From: a virus
Lineage: Duplodnaviria > Caudoviricetes
DNA: 60,957 bases
Virus record (IMG/VR): IMGVR_UViG_3300037785_000059
Coordinates: 1-60,957 of that record
Strand: one strand, 5' to 3'
This document shows positions 55,357 to 60,957 of this stretch, one piece after another. Numbering within the stretch: the stretch's first letter is position 1; each line of letters starts with the position of its first letter. The translations under genes and the position numbers were made by a program. The notes under the pieces are model-generated. The model was given only the letters and a program-made list of their open reading frames with translations. It was not told the origin of the DNA and searched no databases.

Positions 55357-55656
55357 ATGGACACGAACAAATGGAAATCGGTGCTCATGCACCGCTGGAT
55401 GTACGAGGAAATCGTGGCAATCGCCTCGATTGAAGGCCGTACGATCAGCGGGCAGATCCGATTCATCTTTGAAGAGTGGAAAAACCGCAACCTGACCGAA
55501 CCAGACATGCGCGTGGTCCGCGCAAAGATCGTAGAGCTGCGCGAGGCCGAGAAAGAGGCTTACGAAGCGCGGATCACGGGTCAGGAAGAGGTGGAGCGGG
55601 ACATCAACATCTTAGGGATCCAAGCTCTTCCTCCATCGAAGCGATTCGGGAAATAA
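55357..55656 (+). CDS. Ribbon-helix-helix-like DNA-binding protein
   Basis: MDTNKWKSVL...EGRTISGQIR. Confidence 0.6.
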   Translation: MDTNKWKSVLMHRWMYEEIVAIASIEGRTISGQIRFIFEEWKNRNLTEPDMRVVRAKIVELREAEKEAYEARITGQEEVERDINILGIQALPPSKRFGK

Positions 55657-55798
55657 GCTCGTCCATCTCGTCCATCATCGACGTCTCAAGGAACGCCAGG
55701 TAGTCCGCAGCGTCGAACAGAACCTGCGCCCGCATGTCGTCTTTGACGCGGAGGGCGTCCACGGCAAGCAGGCGCAGCATTTCGACGTGGTCGGTCAC
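55604..55798 (-). CDS. Hypothetical protein
   Basis: Coupled small ORF in leftward operon. Confidence 0.55.
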   Translation of the reverse strand: MTDHVEMLRLLAVDALRVKDDMRAQVLFDAADYLAFLETSMMDEMDELISRIASMEEELGSLRC

Positions 55799-55992
55799 AC
55801 CCGATACCCCGCGGCCCGCAGACTGCGGGTGAACTGCGAGAGCCGCTGGCGGGCGTTCTGGAGGCGCAGGGCGGCGTTGGGCGGGGGCACGTCGGCGGAC
55901 AGGAGCTCGTCCTGCAGAGCGTCCACCTCGCGCCGCATATGGCGCAAGGTGGCTTCTTGGTCCGCGGACAGCGGCTTGCGGTCAGGGCTCAA
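55795..55992 (-). CDS. Hypothetical protein
   Basis: Coupled small ORF ending LRAAGYRV. Confidence 0.6.
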   Translation of the reverse strand: MSPDRKPLSADQEATLRHMRREVDALQDELLSADVPPPNAALRLQNARQRLSQFTRSLRAAGYRV

Positions 55993-56176
55993 TGCCGTGT
56001 TCCTCTAGGAGCGATTCGAGCTTCTCGACGCGCTTGCGCAGCCGCATGTTCTCGACCGTCAGGCCCATCACCTTCTGCTGCGTTGCGCCGAGCTTCTCGA
56101 TGAACCAGTCCGAGCGCAACGGCTCGCGGCCGGGCGGGAGTTGGGGGCTGGGATTATTCAAAGGCACCTTCCTCAA
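55982..56176 (-). CDS. Hypothetical coiled-coil protein
   Basis: ENMRLRKRVEKLE; start uncertain. Confidence 0.5.
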   Translation of the reverse strand: MRKVPLNNPSPQLPPGREPLRSDWFIEKLGATQQKVMGLTVENMRLRKRVEKLESLLEEHGIEP

Positions 56177-56435
56177 TCATGCGTTTTGCGTTCAGAACCA
56201 CCGTTGTCCTTTTGGTGGTTTCCTTTTTGCTTCTAACCCCTCGGAAAAAAGCATTAAGAAACTCAGGACTGGCCGGCTCAACCACTACGCCCGACAGCTT
56301 GGCGCAGACCGGGCACTTAAAGTGCAACGTGTCGGCGGGTGCCACGGCGACCCAATCCTTGCTGCACTCAAGGCAGGCAACATAGGCGCTCATATGCGGT
56401 CTGTGGTCGTCAAGGTTTATGATGTTGTCATTCAT
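56154..56435 (-). CDS. Zinc-ribbon protein
   Basis: NIINLDDHRPH...CLECSKDWVAV...CPVC; lower GC. Confidence 0.65.
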   Translation of the reverse strand: MNDNIINLDDHRPHMSAYVACLECSKDWVAVAPADTLHFKCPVCAKLSGVVVEPASPEFLNAFFRGVRSKKETTKRTTVVLNAKRMIEEGAFE

Positions 56436-56637
56436 CCCCAATCCCCCTATGCCGTTTGATCTCATCGAGCGCCTCATAGAGTATGTCGGCCACGCCGGCG
56501 GCGGGCATGAGGCGCATGTCGTCTGTCCAATGGTTCGCAATCTCCGCCATCAGGGCGACGCGCTCTAACCGCTCGGGCAGGTTGTCGTGCAACTCCGTAA
56601 GTTCCGCTTTCCAGTCGATTTCGGGGGCCTCGTTCAT
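56428..56637 (-). CDS. Hypothetical protein
   Basis: Coupled small ORF. Confidence 0.55.
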   Translation of the reverse strand: MNEAPEIDWKAELTELHDNLPERLERVALMAEIANHWTDDMRLMPAAGVADILYEALDEIKRHRGIGDE

Positions 56638-57047
56638 GTCTTCTTCCCATACAAGGTTTCTGCCAGCGCGTCCGCGGCGGCCTTGAGGCCGCGGAACACC
56701 TCGTCAAACTCGTCCATGTCCCGACAGGTGATGCTGAACTGAATCGTGGCGCGCGCCCACCGGGTGTAGAGGCCCTTGTTTCTGGGCTGGATATGGCCGG
56801 AGAAGTGCGGCCGCACGGTCCAATCGGTGTGGTTGATGGACAGGGCGTCAGAGGGGCCCATCCACTCGATGAAGTGGGGGTCCACGAGGCTAGTGGCCCG
56901 TTTTCGGAGCGCCGACGCGGCCTTGCGCGAGGCCTTGTCCAAGCCCTCCCGCGCTTCGCGGTCGGCGGTGTCCCGCTTCCAGGCCAAGCGCCGCGCTTCG
57001 CGGTACGCGGTCAGGTCGATTTGCTGGATCTGTTCAATCGGTGTCAT
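56634..57047 (-). CDS. Hypothetical protein
   Basis: ATG after GAGG; coupled both sides. Confidence 0.6.
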   Translation of the reverse strand: MTPIEQIQQIDLTAYREARRLAWKRDTADREAREGLDKASRKAASALRKRATSLVDPHFIEWMGPSDALSINHTDWTVRPHFSGHIQPRNKGLYTRWARATIQFSITCRDMDEFDEVFRGLKAAADALAETLYGKKT

Positions 57048-57268
57048 TCCTCTTCCTCCGATTCCACGCGCCCCGACCCGCCGCACTCGTCGCACGTCAC
57101 CCAGTCCCAGTCATCGGTTTCTGGGTCCAGCGTATGCCATCCAATCGGCACTTCGATCTCGCCCGTACCGTTGCACTCGGGGCAGTCCACGAACCGCGCT
57201 TCGTAGGCCTCGCGCTCCTCTTCGCGGCGGCGCAGGGCGTCGAGGTTTCCATCTGTCGGGCCGATCAT
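57044..57268 (-). CDS. DnaJ-type zinc-finger (CxxCxGxG) protein, copy 1
   Basis: CPECNGTG and CDECGGSG. Confidence 0.75.
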   Translation of the reverse strand: MIGPTDGNLDALRRREEEREAYEARFVDCPECNGTGEIEVPIGWHTLDPETDDWDWVTCDECGGSGRVESEEEE

Positions 57269-57462
57269 GGCAGCTCCTTCCCCATCACGATCTCCCGCCA
57301 ATTCGGCTTGAGATGCCCAAAATCACGCGGCTCCGTCACCAGCGTCTCCTCTTTGCACACGCCGCACGTATCGGGGTGCCACGTCGCGTATTTGTTCGGC
57401 TCCCCGCGGCCCAGCTTCTCGCCGCACGGACCGCAGATCCAATCAGGGTATCTTCTCGGCAT
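57265..57462 (-). CDS. Zinc-finger protein
   Basis: WICGPCG...TWH..TCGVC...TEPRDFG. Confidence 0.7.
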   Translation of the reverse strand: MPRRYPDWICGPCGEKLGRGEPNKYATWHPDTCGVCKEETLVTEPRDFGHLKPNWREIVMGKELP

Positions 57463-57764
57463 CAGTCGTCCTCCAGAACAGCAAAATCGGCCTCATACGC
57501 GTGGTCCGCGGCCCGTTCGATCAGATCCCCGATCTCCTTTGCCCCATGCGCCGTCTCGTTCGCCGTGTCCCAGTAGGCCTTCATCAAATGCGGCCAGAAC
57601 TGGACGGTCTGCGGATAGGTGCCGTACCGCCCGACGACGGCCCGGACGTGCCAGGGCGCTTTCTCTTTGTTCGGAAATTCCAGATCCAGCGTGTAATCTT
57701 CGGCCAACTGTGCAAAAGCGCGCACCTGCGACAGGTGCTGTGGCTTAGAGTGCCAGAATTCCAT
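57462..57764 (-). CDS. Hypothetical protein
   Basis: APWHV...FWPH motif; coupled. Confidence 0.65.
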   Translation of the reverse strand: MEFWHSKPQHLSQVRAFAQLAEDYTLDLEFPNKEKAPWHVRAVVGRYGTYPQTVQFWPHLMKAYWDTANETAHGAKEIGDLIERAADHAYEADFAVLEDD

Positions 57765-58315
57765 CACAGCGCCTCCTCTTCGGGCACCCCGAGGTAGTCT
57801 TTGGACTGCAGGGCCCAGAGGATGAACGACGGGCGGGCCTGGCCGACCCGGTGGTAGACCTCGGCCCGCGAAATGCGGCCCGCGTTGAACAGGCGCTGCA
57901 GGGCATTGCCCGTCATCTTCTTGTCTACGTTCAGCTCGGCCGCCACCTCAGCGGTGGTCATATACGAGATGTCGCCCTCCGAGGACGCCTCCTCCAGCGT
58001 GTCATAGCACCGCTGGTCCAGAGACATGCCCGAGACAGGGTCGTGCCCCGTCAGATTCTCCGGCAAAGGCGGCAGCTCGACGCCGGCCCGCGGAACGCGG
58101 ACCGCGCGCCACGGGGTCTTGGCCTTCAACTCGTTCATGTTCGGGACCAAAACGGCCTCGACGCGCTCGCCGACCTGCAGCCGCGCGCCGTTGACGACAG
58201 AGGCCGGGATGAAAACCTGCTCCCCGGTCTGCGCGACTTGGCCAAAGCCCGCTCCGGATTGGATGATGTTGAGGACGAACATGTCTTGGAGGTCGATGGC
58301 TGCGTGGGTGTTCAT
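57764..58315 (-). CDS. OB-fold (cold-shock-like) plus winged-HTH protein
   Basis: GFGQV...GEQVFIP...PWRA then MTTAEVAAEL...NALQRLFNAGRI; AAGGAG RBS. Confidence 0.65.
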   Translation of the reverse strand: MNTHAAIDLQDMFVLNIIQSGAGFGQVAQTGEQVFIPASVVNGARLQVGERVEAVLVPNMNELKAKTPWRAVRVPRAGVELPPLPENLTGHDPVSGMSLDQRCYDTLEEASSEGDISYMTTAEVAAELNVDKKMTGNALQRLFNAGRISRAEVYHRVGQARPSFILWALQSKDYLGVPEEEAL

Positions 58316-58344
58316 GGAAGTCTCCTTAGCAAAAAGAACACCCC

Positions 58345-58418
58345 ACACATAACCCGCTTTTCCCGTTAGTCAATCTTAAAAAGAATACTTGACATGTCCC
58401 CGCGTCCTGCGCCACCTT
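58345..58418. promoter_or_regulatory. Divergent promoter region
   Basis: AGTCAA (58368-73; TTGACT on -) and TTGACA (58389-94) flanking an AT-rich spacer, between divergent operons. Confidence 0.5.
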
Positions 58419-58486
58419 GCCCAAAACAACACCGGAGCCGGATCGTACCAAGATCGGAGCCGGATCGGAGCCAGAGAGGAGACCAC

Positions 58487-58666
58487 ATGGACGAAGACCC
58501 ACACCTCATCAACGTCAGCGCGCACCGCGCCAAGCTCCAGAAGGACGTCGATGACATCCTCTGGGACGCCGGCGTCAACGATCCGCGGCTCGGCGCACTC
58601 ATCGCCGAGCTCAACCACTTCACCAAACTCGATGAACAGGGAATCCCCTATGAACCAGACTTCTGA
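58487..58666 (+). CDS. Hypothetical protein
   Basis: GAGGAG RBS; ends YEPDF. Confidence 0.6.
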   Translation: MDEDPHLINVSAHRAKLQKDVDDILWDAGVNDPRLGALIAELNHFTKLDEQGIPYEPDF

Positions 58667-58880
58667 CCCGGACGACGCGGACCGCGAAGCGCGGATCACG
58701 GCCTTTCTTGAGCAAACGCCGGAGGACATGACACCGCACGAGCTGGAGCTCATCCTGCTCGCCATCCTCACGGCCCATGTCGAAGACAGTTCGGTCGGCG
58801 CATTCCTGCACTACCTCGCCCTGCGCCACGCTTTCTTCTTCGTGGACACCGACGACACCGCGCCCCCGCGCCTGCAATAA
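58650..58880 (+). CDS. Hypothetical protein
   Basis: Overlapping start; C-biased codons. Confidence 0.55.
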   Translation: MNQTSDPDDADREARITAFLEQTPEDMTPHELELILLAILTAHVEDSSVGAFLHYLALRHAFFFVDTDDTAPPRLQ

Positions 58881-58891
58881 GGACACACCCC

Positions 58892-59158
58892 GTGGCACAG
58901 CACATCTACAGATTCCTGCACTTCGGCCTCATGGGCGGCCTCCTAGCCGCGTTCTTTTTCTTCGACAAAGATCTCGCCGAGCTATCCGACCTCGTCATCG
59001 ACCTGCGCGAGGCCGTCGCCATGGTCGAAGCCGGGGCGCACCAGATGCATGAGGCGTCCGTCGCCCTCGACACGTTCACGCGGCAGCAAAACTGCGTCGC
59101 AGACCAAGGGGAATGGCACCCCGAATTCGGCTGCAGCCTGCAGCTCATCCAGGAGTAA
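58892..59158 (+). CDS. Hypothetical membrane protein
   Basis: N-terminal hydrophobic segment. Confidence 0.55.
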   Translation: MAQHIYRFLHFGLMGGLLAAFFFFDKDLAELSDLVIDLREAVAMVEAGAHQMHEASVALDTFTRQQNCVADQGEWHPEFGCSLQLIQE

Positions 59159-59163
59159 GAGAC

Positions 59164-59499
59164 ATGATCCGCATCACCGAAGGCAAATACTACCGCACAG
59201 CAAACGGCCGCAAGATCGGCCCCGCTCGGCCCTTTTACGACCACCCCGACATCTGCGCTTGGGCCATCCCCAACTGCGCCGGGGACCTGTATTACTCCAA
59301 CGACGGCAAAACCGTCTCTAACATGGACGACTGGAAAATCGTCGCAGAATGGAAAGACCCCGAAGCGCTGACCCGCGACGAAGAACGCGCCATCGAACTG
59401 CTCCGCGAATGGCTCGCGGTCCGCGGGACGCCAACAGGGCAATTCCTCTTCGAACAGGCCCTTGAAACGCTCCGCCTGCCCGAGGAGGCGCTGACATGA
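59164..59499 (+). CDS. Hypothetical phage protein
   Basis: GKYYRTANGRKIGP...IVAEW motif. Confidence 0.7.
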   Translation: MIRITEGKYYRTANGRKIGPARPFYDHPDICAWAIPNCAGDLYYSNDGKTVSNMDDWKIVAEWKDPEALTRDEERAIELLREWLAVRGTPTGQFLFEQALETLRLPEEALT

Positions 59500-59663
59500 T
59501 CCGCCTGCCCGAACCCAAGCGGGAGACGGTGACGCTGTATGGCTGCCGTGAAAACGACAAGTGGGGATTCAGTGAGAAGCGCCCAGACGACACCCACCGC
59601 ATCACCTTTGACCTGATCGACAGCAAGCCCGACTGTGACAGCATCCGCATGGAGGAACTGTAA
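59496..59663 (+). CDS. Small hypothetical protein
   Basis: EPKRETVTLYG...DTHRITFDL; translated by hand. Confidence 0.6.
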   Translation: MIRLPEPKRETVTLYGCRENDKWGFSEKRPDDTHRITFDLIDSKPDCDSIRMEEL

Positions 59664-59881
59664 TGACAAACCTCCTCAAACGCCGACGCACACAAGCGCA
59701 GGTCCAGCAGACCGACACCGCACTCGACAGGCTCCTCACAGAGCTCCGGGATCACGACCCGCGGGCCGCGGCCCACGCGATCCTCGGCTTCTGCGAGACC
59801 CGCGGGGACATGACACCCGACGTGCTGACCGATCTGGGAAACCGGATCGGGCGCATGGGGCACATGAGGGGGCGGGCATGA
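59663..59881 (+). CDS. Hypothetical protein
   Basis: TAATG-coupled. Confidence 0.55.
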   Translation: MTNLLKRRRTQAQVQQTDTALDRLLTELRDHDPRAAAHAILGFCETRGDMTPDVLTDLGNRIGRMGHMRGRA

Positions 59882-59942
59882 CGCGTAAGAAAATATGCCC
59901 TAACCGCATCAAGCGGGCGCTGGTCGGCAAGGAGGGCGAGGA

Positions 59943-60437
59943 ATGACCCAAGACGAACTTAAAAAAATCCTTTCCGACCACAAAGCATGGTTGAAGAACA
60001 AAGGCGGAAAGTGGGCCAACCTGATCGGTGCCGACCTGAGCGGTGCCGACCTGAGCGGTGCCGACCTGCGCCGGGCCTACCTGCGCCGTGCCCACCTGAG
60101 CGGTGCCGACCTGCGCGGTGCCGACCTGCGCGGTGCCAACCTGCGCGGTGCCAACCTGAGCAATGCCGACCTGCGCGGTGCCCACCTGCGCGGTGCCGAC
60201 CTGAGCGGCGCTGGTATCATTGACTGCGGCCAGCGCAGTGACGGTTATCAGTTCTTTATTCACGTCACAGCAAAAGACCAGCCGATGTTGATCGCAGGAT
60301 GTCGCTATTTCACGCTGTCAGAAGCTCGAAAACATTGGGACAAAACCCGCCCCACAGGCCAGCGCCTCGGGGACGAAAGCCGCGCAATGCTGGATCATGG
60401 AGAGAGAATGCTTTCGATAGCGGAGGTCACACAATGA
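59943..60437 (+). CDS. Pentapeptide repeat protein
   Basis: About 13 A(D/N/H/Y)L(S/R)G repeats, HKAWL N-cap, AGCRYFTL C-domain. Confidence 0.9.
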   Translation: MTQDELKKILSDHKAWLKNKGGKWANLIGADLSGADLSGADLRRAYLRRAHLSGADLRGADLRGANLRGANLSNADLRGAHLRGADLSGAGIIDCGQRSDGYQFFIHVTAKDQPMLIAGCRYFTLSEARKHWDKTRPTGQRLGDESRAMLDHGERMLSIAEVTQ

Positions 60438-60670
60438 CCGGCCCCACCGACGGCAACCTTGACGCCCTGCGCCGCTGCGAAGAGGAGCGCGAGGAATACG
60501 AGGCGCGGTTCATCGATTGCCCCGAGTGCAACGGCACGGGCGAAATCGAGGTGCCGCTGGGCTTTCACACCGGCAACCCGGAGACTGACGATTGGGACGT
60601 GGCCGACTGCGAAGAGTGCGGCGGCACGGGCAAGATTGAAGCGGAGGAAGACGATGCGCTTTACGACTGA
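60434..60670 (+). CDS. DnaJ-type zinc-finger protein, copy 2
   Basis: CPECNGTG and CEECGGTG; paralog of 57044-57268. Confidence 0.75.
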   Translation: MTGPTDGNLDALRRCEEEREEYEARFIDCPECNGTGEIEVPLGFHTGNPETDDWDVADCEECGGTGKIEAEEDDALYD

Positions 60671-60755
60671 CGACATTCTCGGCGGCATCTGCATTGCCGT
60701 CATGATCTTCGGCCTGCCGTGGGTCGCGGCAATCGCCCAGGCGGTGATGCAATGA
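60654..60755 (+). CDS. Small single-TM peptide
   Basis: [23 protein letters not shown]. Confidence 0.5.
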   Translation: MRFTTDDILGGICIAVMIFGLPWVAAIAQAVMQ

Positions 60756-60867
60756 CCTGCTGCACATTTGACTGCCGACAAGGCCGAGACTGCCCGAACC
60801 GCATCAAGCGGGCGCTGTGGCCTGCGATCAAAGAAACGCTGGCACGGCTGGCGAAGGAAGGTGTGAA

Positions 60868-60957
60868 ATGACGCGACTAAGAGCACTGAAGAAACTGGCC
60901 GAAAAGGTGGAGGCGGGAGAATGGGGGCAAAACGCAGCGTGGAAAATTTTTGGGATA
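60868..60957 (+). CDS. Partial hypothetical protein
   Basis: ALKKLAEKVEAG, runs off window end. Confidence 0.5.
   Translation, partial: MTRLRALKKLAEKVEAGEWGQNAAWKIFGI

Noticed and set aside
59736-60263. AQVGT-repeat protein on the minus strand
   Set aside because: Antisense mirror of the pentapeptide repeat gene
1-60957. Integrated prophage or temperate module
   Set aside because: No integrase, att-flanking host genes or CI-like repressor recognised

Overview
The window reads as an essentially complete, circularly permuted ~61-kb tailed dsDNA phage genome (high GC; podovirus-like: portal, scaffold, Mu-gpT-like major capsid, short-tail and ejection proteins, no tape measure). No integrase or repressor was recognised. 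An alphaproteobacterial host is inferred from TTGACG-N16-GCTA promoter shapes. Modules: small early genes (1-1240, 55600-60957); an isolated HExxH protein gene followed by a ~380-nt highly structured antisense non-coding region (1415-3434); an AT-rich iteron region (4300-4995); terS and a PD-(D/E)xK nuclease; an array of seven self-contained promoter/hairpin/RBS cassettes carrying ArdA, a truncated beta-clamp and small unknown genes (6090-9675); a non-coding stretch with a perfect chromosomal-type parS site although no parB is encoded (10245-10260); terL with a class 3 intein; head, lysis, tail and ejection genes (13009-45539); and a replication module (intein-containing SNF2 helicase, SSB-like, AEP primase, sigma4/alphaCTD-like regulator, UvrD-like helicase, dNTP diphosphohydrolase, PolA). 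The strongest candidates for undescribed biology are the repeat-punctuated cassette array plus orphan parS between terS and terL, the structured RNA, and a 33-aa N-terminal leader shared by two otherwise unrelated proteins. All calls come from reading motifs by eye; no searches or folding programs were run.
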